51,049 bases of DNA from a virus (IMGVR_UViG_3300017766_001762:1-51049), one strand, 5' to 3'. Shown: positions 1 through 9,571, numbered from the stretch's first letter. Numbers and translations: made by a program. The notes: a model not told the origin generated them from the letters alone.

Positions 1-359
1 ACTATGAGTGTGACATCAGGATAGTTCTGCATAACAACGGCCACTGCCGCTTGCGCGTCCTGAAGCTCCTGCCCTGTTGCGTTAGTCTGCAATATGACTG
101 CGCCATCGTTCCGCAAAACCCAATGCAACGCGCCGTTGGCGTCCGTATCCCAGCCAATAGCGTTTGCCGCTGCTCCACGGCTGTATTCTTTGGCGCGACA
201 GGTATCGAGTAGGCGAGCAACAATCCCCGCGTGGCTCAGGCCAAGCCCGTCATGATACGAACACGCGCCAAGAAGCAGCTCTGGGTTCCCAGAGGAGTCC
301 ATCTGCACCCGGCAAAACGGCTCAGGTGGGCAGACATCAGGGTTCCAAGTTACAGCCAT
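1..359 (-). CDS. Hypothetical protein, truncated by the window edge (tail-fibre region)
   Basis: Own translation from ATG 359: MAVTWNPDVCPPEPFCRVQMDSSG...NYPDVTLI, open to position 1. Follows the fibre gene closely. Not in the ORF track because it has no stop. Confidence 0.7.
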   Translation of the reverse strand, partial: MAVTWNPDVCPPEPFCRVQMDSSGNPELLLGACSYHDGLGLSHAGIVARLLDTCRAKEYSRGAAANAIGWDTDANGALHWVLRNDGAVILQTNATGQELQDAQAAVAVVMQNYPDVTLI

Positions 360-367
360 AATTACCC

Positions 368-1657
368 TCAGGTTCGGTTTACTTTTAGAGATAGCGTAAC
401 GCGCTGAATTGTTGTTGCACTGTCTACGTTAAAACGAATTGTGTCCCCAGCGGCGATGGAAGTGGTCCAGCCTGTCAATGTGCTGTCCTGAGCTTTCGTT
501 GCGCTAGATATTGTCGGCGTAGCAGACGCCGTAATGCTATCCGCATCCGTTGGTGGAAAGTTGGCATAGGTGTCTTTCCAAATATCGACAACGATAGACC
601 CACTTTGATCTGCGAGCAGCGTTGATTGCGTGATCGTGCAGGCAAACGGCACTTCGAGGTCACCCTTAATGCCCGTAGTAATGGTCGCGCCGCCGCCATC
701 AATAATAAACTCAAGGGCCGCAGTTGCGGGGCCGGTTGGGCCCGTCGCCCCTGTTGTGCCAGTTGGGCCGGTAGGCCCCGGGGGCCCTCCTGACGGGCCT
801 GTCGGGCCATTAGAGCCGGTAGAGCCGGTGGGCCCAGTAGGCCCAGCAACCGTTGACGCATCTCCCGTCGGCCCGGTAGCGCCGGTAGGGCCCGTAGGCC
901 CAGTAGGCCCAACAGGAGGCCCCCACGCGGGCGGCGCGAAGCCGCCAGCCGAAACAAGCACCTCGCCAATGTTGCCAACACTCGTCAGGTACAGCCTATC
1001 AGACCCCGAGTAGACGACGGCCCCAAGAACGGGGGACAGTCCGTTCCCAGAGCCGCCGCTACCCAAGGGGAGCACGCCTTGGGTCTCGTTAGGATCCGAC
1101 AGATCAACCGCCGGATGAACGTGATCATCTCGCGCGGCCTGCGTCCCGGTGCCAGCCGTCGCCGTGCCGAGCGGCAGAGGCGTCAGGCTGGTGAAGTCGA
1201 TTGCGAAGGTGCGATCCGCCGAAAGATTGCCGCCGCCCGTAAGCCCCGAGCCTGCGGTCAGGTTGCGCGAGGTCGGAACGTAGTTCACGAGAACAATCGG
1301 GACGTTCGCCGCGTAGGTTAGGCGCCCAGTGTCGTCGACCGTAAACGTCGCAACGCTGTCCGCCGCGCCGTAGGTTCCCGCCGCAACGCCGGTCAGGTCG
1401 AGCTGGTTATAGCCGACGCCGCCGTTCTCGATGTAGATCGTGCGGTCCTGCGAGAGATCACCGCCGCCGCCAAGGCCCGTGCCTGAATAGATTGCGCGTG
1501 AAGACGGGACGGCGCCGACCGCCGCAATGTTACTGAACTGGACCTTATAGGTGACACCGCTGACGACGTAGGGCAGATAGCCCAGCGTGCTCGACCCGAC
1601 ATATTCCGGGAGCTGCGTAATGCGCGATGGGATAAGATTGCTAGGTACGTCGGTCAT
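368..1657 (-). CDS. Collagen-like tail fibre/whisker protein
   Basis: GxGLxGGGDLSxDRT repeats, AARDDHVHP motif, central (GPT)n collagen tract, C-terminal beta-rich domain ([13 protein letters not shown]...GSIVVDIWK). Confidence 0.8.
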   Translation of the reverse strand: MTDVPSNLIPSRITQLPEYVGSSTLGYLPYVVSGVTYKVQFSNIAAVGAVPSSRAIYSGTGLGGGGDLSQDRTIYIENGGVGYNQLDLTGVAAGTYGAADSVATFTVDDTGRLTYAANVPIVLVNYVPTSRNLTAGSGLTGGGNLSADRTFAIDFTSLTPLPLGTATAGTGTQAARDDHVHPAVDLSDPNETQGVLPLGSGGSGNGLSPVLGAVVYSGSDRLYLTSVGNIGEVLVSAGGFAPPAWGPPVGPTGPTGPTGATGPTGDASTVAGPTGPTGSTGSNGPTGPSGGPPGPTGPTGTTGATGPTGPATAALEFIIDGGGATITTGIKGDLEVPFACTITQSTLLADQSGSIVVDIWKDTYANFPPTDADSITASATPTISSATKAQDSTLTGWTTSIAAGDTIRFNVDSATTIQRVTLSLKVNRT

Positions 1658-1956
1658 GGCAGCAGGTAATCCTCGCCGTCTTCCGTGATAACGAAATAGT
1701 CGCCGTTCTCAGCAATCACGCCCGTCGGATTGGTCGGGATGGGCGTATCTGGGCGCGTAAACGGCAAAACGATATTGTCGGGCTGCCGCGCCGGCAGACG
1801 GTACGGATCAAGCTGATCGCGGTCCTTGTCGCAGACCAAAAGGCCCGGATAGTTATTATCCGGATGCAACGCATCAAGCGGCATCTTTATGCTGCAACGC
1901 CCGCAAATGCCGATTGCCAGCGTCGTTCGGCCTCGAGTGTTTATCCAGCGCGGCAT
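1654..1956 (-). CDS. Small Cys-containing virion-associated protein (paralog A)
   Basis: LAIGICGRC...PGLLVC...DQLDPYRLP...RPD. Overlaps both neighbours. Confidence 0.7.
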   Translation of the reverse strand: MPRWINTRGRTTLAIGICGRCSIKMPLDALHPDNNYPGLLVCDKDRDQLDPYRLPARQPDNIVLPFTRPDTPIPTNPTGVIAENGDYFVITEDGEDYLLP

Positions 1957-2186
1957 CAGCTCAAAACCTCGTCAGGGCGTGGGTAACGCAAAGCAATCTG
2001 TTCAGGTGTACGCGGAGGCTCTCGCCAAGGATCAAGCTGATCAAGATCCTCGCGACAAACGCGAAGGCCGGGAGAGTTAGGATCCTTGTAGAGTTCCTCA
2101 AGCGGAAACTTACGGCTGCGCCTGTTGCAGATGCCAATCGCCAGATATTGCTTGCCGCGGGTGTCGAGATAGCCTTCGGTCGGCAT
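1956..2186 (-). CDS. Small Cys-containing virion-associated protein (paralog B)
   Basis: LAIGICNRR...PGLRVC...DQLDPWREP...RPD. Clear paralog of 1654..1956. Confidence 0.7.
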   Translation of the reverse strand: MPTEGYLDTRGKQYLAIGICNRRSRKFPLEELYKDPNSPGLRVCREDLDQLDPWREPPRTPEQIALRYPRPDEVLS

Positions 2187-2189
2187 GAG

Positions 2190-3176
2190 CTACCTCGTAT
2201 ACATTGAGATGTTGGGGGCAATCATCATGGGCGAGTTATCGCGTTCTTCCATCTGCGCGATAGCCAGAGCCTGCGCAGCTTTGGTGTCGAGAACCGGAAT
2301 AAGCCCCGCATCAACCTCGACCAGCTCAAGCGCCATCTTTGCAGCAAGCCCAGCGACGAGCGCTTCGTACCAGCGCTGCGGAACCTCTATCTCCTGCGTC
2401 ATGGTGCCGACGTCCATGATATAGCGCTGGCGCCACAGCACAATCTGATAGACCGTCGCGGCGTCATTAGGCACGGGCCACAGACGCATGACCGGGTTAT
2501 TCACCTGACGGTCAAACCAGTATTGGAGGGGGCGTGTTGACTGAAAGCTCTTGTTCGGAAGGTTCGTGTAGTCGTCGCGGTTCATGCGCGCGAGCGGGAT
2601 CTCGGTCGGAGTATTTCCAAGGTAGACCTGATCAAACGAAAGCGTGCCGCTAGTAGCCCGAACACGGAAATACTGCGTCGCGACGCTGCTGCTAAGGTCG
2701 TACCACGTCCACTCGCCGGCGGATGCGCTCGGCGTCTCAGTCTGAATCGTTGTCCAGACAGTACCGTCGTCCGACCGCTCAAGGGCGATTGGCACCGACG
2801 CCGCCGTCCAAAGAACGCCTACCGTAGTGACGAAGGTGGCCGAGGCCCAATACACCGTGCGCGTCGTTGACGTGTCGGTGTTCGTGCCCGTCGCCTCCTG
2901 CAACCAGCGCAGGTTTGAGTTCAGGATGTCGACCGTGCCGTCTGTCGTGGTGATGTAGCCGACACCCGAATAGAGCGGATATATCTGCTTCTCGATGCAC
3001 CAGAGCGGGGCGCCTTGGTTCGCCAGATCTGAAAGAAACAGGTAAAGCTGGTCATTCGCGATATCTATGTGCTCAGCCGTGATCGACTGCGCCGGTATCT
3101 TGCACCGGCGGATCGCATTATCAATCACCCTTCGGGTGTTGAAAACAGTTTGAGACACGGTGTTAGAAAACGCCAT
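2190..3176 (-). CDS. Head-tail adaptor / tail tubular A-like protein with inserted beta-sandwich domain
   Basis: N-terminal helical pair, YTNLPNK...RPLQYWFDR...LWPVP...EVPQRWYEALVAGLA pattern typical of podoviral adaptors, central SDDGTVW...YFRVR insert. Confidence 0.6.
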   Translation of the reverse strand: MAFSNTVSQTVFNTRRVIDNAIRRCKIPAQSITAEHIDIANDQLYLFLSDLANQGAPLWCIEKQIYPLYSGVGYITTTDGTVDILNSNLRWLQEATGTNTDTSTTRTVYWASATFVTTVGVLWTAASVPIALERSDDGTVWTTIQTETPSASAGEWTWYDLSSSVATQYFRVRATSGTLSFDQVYLGNTPTEIPLARMNRDDYTNLPNKSFQSTRPLQYWFDRQVNNPVMRLWPVPNDAATVYQIVLWRQRYIMDVGTMTQEIEVPQRWYEALVAGLAAKMALELVEVDAGLIPVLDTKAAQALAIAQMEERDNSPMMIAPNISMYTR

Positions 3177-3252
3177 CAGAACCCGCCCGCTGATTTACGC
3201 AGCAGCCCGCTACATCGAGCAGGCATTTCTGACGCGTGGATGATAACGGAAA

Positions 3253-3279
3253 GGGCGCTTGGCAACAAGCCAAGCGCCC
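3253..3279 (-). terminator. Stem-loop after the basic-protein gene, probable weak intrinsic terminator
   Basis: GGGCGCTTGGC-aacaa-GCCAAGCGCCC perfect 11-bp stem, followed by TTTCC on the minus strand. Confidence 0.55.
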
Positions 3280-3287
3280 AAACCCTA

Positions 3288-4280
3288 TTACTTCTTCTTA
3301 ACGCCACCGCCGCGTTTCATGGCAGGCGCGGCCATTGCCGCGGCGGGCGCCGAAACTCTAGGCACGGAAGAGTAAGCGGGAACGCCTCGCGGCAACGCCG
3401 GTTGCATCCGTTGCTGCATCCGCTGCTGCATCTGAGGGGGTAGCCCTTGCGGCAACGCTGACGCAATACGCGATTGCAAACGCTGCTGCATTTCGGGGGT
3501 GAGCCTCTGCAAGGCCTGAGGCGGAAGCCTCTGCATGAGATTGCTCAGAAGGCTTCTTGCCTGCTCACTGCTTTCCGGGCGCGCAGGCGGCTGAACCGCC
3601 ATCCGCTGCATCTGCTGCATCGGCATCGGCCGCGAAACCGCCATCTGCTGCGGAATAGGATCGACATGCGTCATCGGCACAGGCAAGGGGCGCGGCAGGG
3701 GGGATGGCGCCGAGGTGACGCCGACCATGCCCGGCGCGGGCGCGGGGGCGCCAACCATCATCGGGTTAACGGCGCCGCCATCGGCTTTCTTCACCACGCC
3801 GCCACGAGCTTTCTTCATAACGCCGCCGTGAGCCTTCTTGCCAGCCTTGCGCGCTTCGCTGAGAGCGATTGCGACAGCCTGCCTACGGTTAGTAACCTCT
3901 GGGCCTTTCTTAGAGCCGCTGTGGAGCGTACCTTCTTTGTATTCCTTCATCACTTTGCCGATTTTGGCCGCTCCGACTTCGCCGCCTTTTGCGCGATTAA
4001 CCGGCTTCGGGCGCGGAACGATGACCTCCTTCTCCTCGCGGACAAGGGTCATGCCTTCCTTCTCCATAGCCTTACGCTGGCGATCCGTAAGACGACGGCC
4101 ACCGGGCGTGACGCTTTCGAGGCGCCGGATCATGTCCGCGCCAGAGCGCGGAGCGGATCCGCCCTCGGCGTAGCACGCACCGCCGCGAGCGTAGCCTTTC
4201 ACCATCTGCTTACCCGCCGAAGCCGTGAAGCCTTCTGACGCGGGGAACTCAAAGTCTTTCACATATTTGCAACCGGCCAT
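3288..4280 (-). CDS. Basic low-complexity protein containing a DUF6496-like module and seven xAxGG-type motifs
   Basis: KIGKVMKEYKEGTLHSGSKKGPEVTNRRQAVAIALSEARKAG (DUF6496-like). YARGG, YAEGG, RAKGG, KAHGG, KARGG, KADGG, MKRGG. P/Q/M-rich tail. Confidence 0.75.
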   Translation of the reverse strand: MAGCKYVKDFEFPASEGFTASAGKQMVKGYARGGACYAEGGSAPRSGADMIRRLESVTPGGRRLTDRQRKAMEKEGMTLVREEKEVIVPRPKPVNRAKGGEVGAAKIGKVMKEYKEGTLHSGSKKGPEVTNRRQAVAIALSEARKAGKKAHGGVMKKARGGVVKKADGGAVNPMMVGAPAPAPGMVGVTSAPSPLPRPLPVPMTHVDPIPQQMAVSRPMPMQQMQRMAVQPPARPESSEQARSLLSNLMQRLPPQALQRLTPEMQQRLQSRIASALPQGLPPQMQQRMQQRMQPALPRGVPAYSSVPRVSAPAAAMAAPAMKRGGGVKKK

Positions 4281-4284
4281 AACA

Positions 4285-4998
4285 CTATCCTTTTTTCCGC
4301 GCCGCGAAGGCGTTGTCTATGAGATTGGGGTAAGGGCGCCCCGCCGCCTTGGCCCGTCTTTTCGCCGCCGCCTTACGCTTGGGCGCGAGCTTCTTGCTCT
4401 TCCCTTCAGGCGCTTCAGTTTCCCAGAACGGTTTCTTCTCTACCTGCCCACCCTCGGCGCGACAGTCCCACTTGCGAAGAGACAGCGCCTTGCGTGTCGG
4501 GCGTCCCTTCTCATCTTCCATAGGACCGGGCATGCCGCTCATGCGGGCACAAAAGCTCTTACGCCGGGCAGCCGCCTTCGGGCTCTTCGCTGCCTGTTCT
4601 GCACTGACCGGAGGCTTGATATCGTGGCCCTGCGCCCGGAGCGACGCGCGCCCCTTAGCGTTTAGCCCGCCTTCCGGGTTCTTTCCTTCTTTCCTAGTCC
4701 AAGCGCCGCCGCCGGAGGCAAACGCCTGCAAGCCGCCCTGCGTAGGGGCCGGCGGCTGCGGCATCTGGGGCTGCGGTGCAGTCGGAGCGCCTTGCATCGG
4801 CATAGCCGGCTGGGCGCCCAGTTGTAGCTGCGGCGCCGCTAGAGGGGATTGCGGCGCCGCGCTCAGAGGCAACCCAGCCGCGGGGCGCGGGGAAATCCGC
4901 TGCGGGGGCTCGCCTCGACCCATAGATCCGCGAGGAACGCGGAGGGCGGACTCAATGTCCGCCTTCGCGCGCTGCACCCTGAGATCAAACGGGCTCAT
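4285..4998 (-). CDS. Basic modular protein with a DUF6321-like module and a C-terminal K/R-rich module
   Basis: AWTRKEGKNPEGGLNAKGR...RRKSFCARM...LRKWDC (DUF6321-like), then KKPFWE...GRPYPNLIDN. Start moved to ATG 4998, next to the upstream stop. Confidence 0.75.
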   Translation of the reverse strand: MSPFDLRVQRAKADIESALRVPRGSMGRGEPPQRISPRPAAGLPLSAAPQSPLAAPQLQLGAQPAMPMQGAPTAPQPQMPQPPAPTQGGLQAFASGGGAWTRKEGKNPEGGLNAKGRASLRAQGHDIKPPVSAEQAAKSPKAAARRKSFCARMSGMPGPMEDEKGRPTRKALSLRKWDCRAEGGQVEKKPFWETEAPEGKSKKLAPKRKAAAKRRAKAAGRPYPNLIDNAFAARKKG

Positions 4999-4999
4999 C

Positions 5000-5659
5000 T
5001 TAGGCCGTGGACTGCTGGACGACAGTGACACGCAAATCGCCAACACCGCTGGCTACGTTTACGCGCACGGCGCGCATCAGCGTTGTCGTAAAATGCGTCT
5101 GGTCGGTAGTCGCGGAAGTAAACGCGCCGCCCGCTGCCGGGTGCGCCACCGCGAGCTGCGTAATGCTCGTGTCAAACGGATCCTCGTTAGTATACTGGAC
5201 CGAGTAGGTTGCCGTGCCCGAGATAATGTTTGCAGAAATGGTCGTGACTTGATTGGGCGTGTAGATATCCAGCGGCCACCAAGCGGTATCGCCAAGATCT
5301 CCGGCTTCAGTAGCACCAATCTCAATTTCTTCGGTGGTGTAAGTGATTAAGGTCGCAACCTCGATAGACGTTACTGTCGCAAACTCAAGCGTGGTCGTAA
5401 CCGTCGCGTTGTTCGGCCCCACAATTTCTTCAGAAATTACATTGCCGTTGGCGTCCGTACCGATGACTGTGAACGTAACGTCCGACAGATCATCCGCGCT
5501 TGTAAGAGTAACGGTGGTCGGTATCGGAAGCGTAGCAATGCCACCGTCGACGTAGACGCCGTCAAGAGTAAGATCGACTGCATCCACCGGCACTTGCCCT
5601 GCAGCAATACCGTTTGGGTCCGCCGACGCGAAGGACAGAACCTTTTGAATAGGGCGCAT
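5000..5659 (-). CDS. Virion structural protein (beta-rich, possible head decoration/fibre)
   Basis: T/V/A-rich beta-strand composition (VTFTVIGTDANG...EEIVGPNNATV). Lies downstream of the capsid gene. Confidence 0.55.
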   Translation of the reverse strand: MRPIQKVLSFASADPNGIAAGQVPVDAVDLTLDGVYVDGGIATLPIPTTVTLTSADDLSDVTFTVIGTDANGNVISEEIVGPNNATVTTTLEFATVTSIEVATLITYTTEEIEIGATEAGDLGDTAWWPLDIYTPNQVTTISANIISGTATYSVQYTNEDPFDTSITQLAVAHPAAGGAFTSATTDQTHFTTTLMRAVRVNVASGVGDLRVTVVQQSTA

Positions 5660-5724
5660 CAGTCTATTCCTTCAAAGTTACCAGTGACCGCCGGGCTATG
5701 CGCCCAGCGATCACCAGTTAGGTT

Positions 5725-6435
5725 TTACCGTTCCTTCGCCGCGAAGACATAGTCGATGGTCATGGTTTTGGCGGCAGCCGCACCATTTCCAAGCGCCAGC
5801 GTCACCGTGGTGTCCGCGTCCGGCAGATAAGACGACGACGCGTCAAGGGATCCGATCACGGAGCCATTGACCTCGTAGTAGACCCTATCGACGCCGTTGT
5901 AAGACCAGCCCAGCTCAATGTAGGTATCATCCGCAAGCGTAGCGACAGCAGCCACGGTATTAGAGCCCGTGGTCGCGTTCTTACGCACGAAGATGTCCGC
6001 CGTGGCGGCGCCGTCTGCTTTATAGAAGTAGACGCCGTCAACCCAAGCGTTAGTCAGGAGGCCGGAAGCATTTGCGTTCGCGAGGCCGACCATGACATCC
6101 GACTGCGTAGCGTCGGACAACTTGAAGCGGCAACGAAAGAACGCTTTCTGCCCTGCGGTAAAAGAAAAGGCCGCCGGGAGCTTCTGGAGCTGGTTAACGT
6201 CGTTATCTGCTGTGGTGTTCGTCAGCAGGATGAGGCCGCCGTCGCCCGCAGTAAGCGCCTGCGTGGCGCCAGCCTGCGTTTCGGTGACAGTCCAGTCGCC
6301 GGCAGCGTAAGTATCAAAGTCGTTCCAGTATTCGTGGTAGAGCGTCGGATCAGTCTGCTTGAGATCCCCAAACAGATCGTCCTGACCGACGTTCGTGACA
6401 CCATACGGGAACCGGGTGACGATATTGTTACCCAT
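5725..6435 (-). CDS. Virion protein with lectin/ConA-like beta-sandwich (possible capsid spike)
   Basis: VTRFPYGVTN N-terminus, YWNDFD, FRCRFK, YEVNG, MTIDYVFAAKER. Immediately after the major capsid gene. Confidence 0.55.
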   Translation of the reverse strand: MGNNIVTRFPYGVTNVGQDDLFGDLKQTDPTLYHEYWNDFDTYAAGDWTVTETQAGATQALTAGDGGLILLTNTTADNDVNQLQKLPAAFSFTAGQKAFFRCRFKLSDATQSDVMVGLANANASGLLTNAWVDGVYFYKADGAATADIFVRKNATTGSNTVAAVATLADDTYIELGWSYNGVDRVYYEVNGSVIGSLDASSSYLPDADTTVTLALGNGAAAAKTMTIDYVFAAKER

Positions 6436-6461
6436 GTTCTACTCTCCTTTCAGAGAGATTT

Positions 6462-6485
6462 GGGCAGGGGTTTCAGCCCCTGCCC
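6462..6485 (-). terminator. GC-rich hairpin directly after the major capsid gene (terminator/attenuator or mRNA stabiliser)
   Basis: GGGCAGGGG-tttcag-CCCCTGCCC. No strong U-tract on the coding strand. Confidence 0.45.
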
Positions 6486-6493
6486 TCATCCCG

Positions 6494-7408
6494 TTAGATG
6501 CCCGGCGTACCATAAACGCCACGCGGATCGGTCCAACCGAAGACATAACGCTCGGTGGCCTTGTACCGCATGGAGTCGGTTTCGAAGTCGCCTTCCATGC
6601 TCTTCTCAAGACCACGACGCATCGCGAGCTTCAGGCCTTCCGGCGCGTCCGTCTGCACCCACCAAGCGGTGGTTGACGTGATACGCGACAGGTTGCCCTG
6701 ACCATCGGCCAGCAGCCCCATCGACTTGACGGGGTTGATGTCGTTGTTCGCGGTGCCGGCGCGGAGAACAGACTTGAGCAGAACTTCCGCCTGAAACACG
6801 TTGGACGGGCCAGTGACAATTTTCTTCGGGGTGAGCCGAATACGCTTGCCATTGTTGTCCACCGCGTTGCGGATCTGGATCAAGAGCTGTTCCAGCGACG
6901 TCTGCGACAGGTTCGCCGCAGTCGTTAGCTCGTTCGAGAACGTGCCCGCAGCAATCGGATGGTCGGTCGCCACCAGTTCCTTGCCGTCGCCGCCCGTGTA
7001 CGAGGCGTTGAAGGCGCGGTTCAGGATGTTGGCGCCGAGCGTCTCCTTCGTTTCGATCAGGGACTGCGCGAGGTGACGCGCGTAGGTCTGACCGATACGA
7101 ATGTGATCGCCGTCTTCCACCAGCACTTTGGTCAGGGCGAAAGCAAGCCCGTAGACCCTATAGACGTAGCGCTGGATGAAGAGCACGCCGCCCGACTGAT
7201 ACGTCACCGGCATGCCGTCAGGCAGTTCCGGGGCCGCACCAAAGCCGAAAAGCACAGGTTCTTCGTGGTAGTTGCGGGGGATACCCTTGAACTCCTTGAA
7301 GACCTGAGACCATTCGTCAGCGCGCTGGTCGTAGATGCCATTAAACTCTTCGTTCAGGATCGGTTCAACGATTGAACGAAAGTCAGTACTTCTCATCGGC
7401 GTAGCCAT
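6494..7408 (-). CDS. Major capsid protein (HK97 fold inferred)
   Basis: 304 aa. YGLAFALTK, GANILNRAF, GGDGKEL...DHP, GDFETDSMRYKATERYVFGWTDPRGVYGTPG. Position after scaffold and cement genes. Confidence 0.9.
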   Translation of the reverse strand: MATPMRSTDFRSIVEPILNEEFNGIYDQRADEWSQVFKEFKGIPRNYHEEPVLFGFGAAPELPDGMPVTYQSGGVLFIQRYVYRVYGLAFALTKVLVEDGDHIRIGQTYARHLAQSLIETKETLGANILNRAFNASYTGGDGKELVATDHPIAAGTFSNELTTAANLSQTSLEQLLIQIRNAVDNNGKRIRLTPKKIVTGPSNVFQAEVLLKSVLRAGTANNDINPVKSMGLLADGQGNLSRITSTTAWWVQTDAPEGLKLAMRRGLEKSMEGDFETDSMRYKATERYVFGWTDPRGVYGTPGI

Positions 7409-7422
7409 TGTTCACGCCCTCC

Positions 7423-7989
7423 TTAATAAGCAGCCACAGTAGCGACATTCTGATGTTCGCTAATCTGGACCTGAACGATGGTGTAAGCGTCGGCCCATGC
7501 GTTGTCCGGCCCCGGCGCAAGGCCGATGACACGGAAGGACGCGTTGGACGCCGCGCTGCCGGTGTCGAGCATCATGGCCGAAAGGCCCGTAGTAACCGAA
7601 CCCGCAGTGATCGTGGTGAAGTCGTACTGCTTGCCGATGCTGTCGACATCAAGCGAACCGTTCGCCTGAATTTCGTAAACAATCGTCGGGTCAAGAGTGA
7701 CATACGCCACGATGTCAGTCGCCGTGGTAGACGCGGTCCACTTATTGGAAACGCGGCGGCGACCGTCGGTGTCGGTAAACTCAACACCTTGGAAAGTGCC
7801 GATGAAAGTATCTCCAATGGCGGCGGTAGAAATCGTGCCTTCGCCCGTCGAAGATGGAATAATTCTCACCGGCTGGTTCTGCAAAATGTTCGAGCCATAG
7901 GTCGAGCGGATCGTATACGCGGTGGGGCGAACCACACCGCTCGGCGAATACGCAGGACGGAGGCCGAACGGCTGGGACGTAGTAGACAT
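7423..7989 (-). CDS. Capsid cement/decoration protein
   Basis: PFGLRP N-terminus, GTFQGVEFTD, DPTIVYEIQA. Directly precedes the major capsid gene. Confidence 0.65.
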   Translation of the reverse strand: MSTTSQPFGLRPAYSPSGVVRPTAYTIRSTYGSNILQNQPVRIIPSSTGEGTISTAAIGDTFIGTFQGVEFTDTDGRRRVSNKWTASTTATDIVAYVTLDPTIVYEIQANGSLDVDSIGKQYDFTTITAGSVTTGLSAMMLDTGSAASNASFRVIGLAPGPDNAWADAYTIVQVQISEHQNVATVAAY

Positions 7990-8022
7990 AGCCTGTTCCT
8001 CGTCAAAGGTTAAACAAGCCTG

Positions 8023-8562
8023 TTAGCGGAAAATCCCACTAGCAGGCGCCTGTTGGCGCAGTTCAGACAAGCCATCCCCTTCGTAAATCGTGCTACCTGA
8101 CCGAGCCGCCTGTTCCCGCACTAGATCAGCGGTCTCAGCGAGTTTCTCTTCCTCACGGAGCGGTGCATCGTGGTGAGCTTCCTGCATGAACCTCTGATAC
8201 AGAGGCATGGGCAGCTTAAACGCGAGCATCTCGTTCACGCCAATGAAACCAGCCCATTCGCCGGTTTTCACAGAGGCGTATTCCATACCCGGCACCTCGT
8301 CGGGCCGCACAGGCTCGTAACCGAGCTGCATGCGGCGATGGATCGAGTCGCGCGGGTTGGTGGTCGTGAGCCAGCACAGATGATATCCGGGGATTTCCGG
8401 CAAGTCTGGCAAAGCGTCGTTAAATAGTTGCTGGCGGAACATCTCAAGTCTATCGTCATCGCTCACGTCGCGGCGCTGCGTGACCGGACGGTCACCCATC
8501 TCGCGAGAGCGTCGATTGACACCAAGTTCCTTCTTAAGGCGATCATCGCCGTCTACGCTCAT
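8023..8562 (-). CDS. Conserved head-operon hypothetical protein
   Basis: LPEIPGYHLCW...GYEPV...IGVNEMLAFKLP. Between scaffold and cement genes. Confidence 0.65.
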   Translation of the reverse strand: MSVDGDDRLKKELGVNRRSREMGDRPVTQRRDVSDDDRLEMFRQQLFNDALPDLPEIPGYHLCWLTTTNPRDSIHRRMQLGYEPVRPDEVPGMEYASVKTGEWAGFIGVNEMLAFKLPMPLYQRFMQEAHHDAPLREEEKLAETADLVREQAARSGSTIYEGDGLSELRQQAPASGIFR

Positions 8563-8584
8563 GTTGTCTCACTCCTGTGTGTGT

Positions 8585-9571
8585 TTAGCGAGCCGAACTC
8601 TTGTCGTAGGCCTGATACGCCTTAACGTAGCGCTGTCGGAGCACGGGATCATCCCACACTCCGGCATCTATCATAGCCTGTTTTCTTTCCTGTGTCACGA
8701 AGGCTTCCCTCTTGGTCGAGGGCGGAACGTGTTCGCGGGTGTTGCCTGTCGGCGGAGCTTTCCGCCTCGGTGTCTCTGCAACCTCCTCGGTGTCATCGCC
8801 CCGCTGTTTCGAGGTGGTGTTCAGCCGCGTTGACACGCGCCGCGTGAGCTCGTGCCAGTAGTCGACGTTCTTCGGGTCGTAGCCTTCCCGCACCAGCCCA
8901 TCGTCGATAGCGCGGGTGATCCGGCTGTCCTCGTCGCCGCCCTTCGGGTCGTACCACGGGTTCGCCGAGACCCATTCCTGCGCCAGAGACGACACGCGGG
9001 TGTCCACCTTCGGAGCCGCCGCTTGCGCCTTGGCCTGCGCTACATAGTTCCGCGCCTGATCAAGCTGCTGGATCCGCAGCTTGGCCTCGTCCCGGATACG
9101 CAGCGCCGCTGCGGCGTCGTCGCCGTTCCCGGCCTTGATCGCCTTGGCGAGGATCATCTCGGCCTGCTGCGCCTCGCGCGCCGCGTCGGCCAGACGCTGA
9201 TCAATCGTCGCGCTGTTCTGCGTCAGGACGTTGCCCTCGAGGGCCGCCAGACGCCGGGCCATAAGATCGTTCTGATCCCGCAGCAGCCGCAGCTCGCGCT
9301 CGGCGTTCTCTCTCGCCCGCTTGCGTACCTCGCGGCGCTTGAGGCGCCGCTTGCGGTTCGCCGACACGACCTCGTCGTCCGTGTCGTCCTGACTGGCCGC
9401 TAGGCGCTCGTCGCCCTCGTCCTCGTCGTCGTCCGCGTCGTCCGCCTCGGGTTCAGACGCCGCAGCTTCCGCCTTGAGTGCCTCTTCGGTCTGCCCTACG
9501 GGCTTGCCATTGGCGTCGACCTCTACGATTTCGAGGTCTTCGTCCTTCTCTTCCAATACTTTATCTGCCAT
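8585..9571 (-). CDS. Probable scaffolding protein
   Basis: Acidic N-terminus, long coiled coil, WVSANPWY motif. Position between portal and capsid. Confidence 0.7.
   Translation of the reverse strand: MADKVLEEKDEDLEIVEVDANGKPVGQTEEALKAEAAASEPEADDADDDEDEGDERLAASQDDTDDEVVSANRKRRLKRREVRKRARENAERELRLLRDQNDLMARRLAALEGNVLTQNSATIDQRLADAAREAQQAEMILAKAIKAGNGDDAAAALRIRDEAKLRIQQLDQARNYVAQAKAQAAAPKVDTRVSSLAQEWVSANPWYDPKGGDEDSRITRAIDDGLVREGYDPKNVDYWHELTRRVSTRLNTTSKQRGDDTEEVAETPRRKAPPTGNTREHVPPSTKREAFVTQERKQAMIDAGVWDDPVLRQRYVKAYQAYDKSSAR

Noticed and set aside
2-223. Track ORF, 73 aa, minus strand
   Set aside because: A better frame starts at ATG 359 right after the fibre gene and runs off the edge. This ORF is an off-frame overlap.
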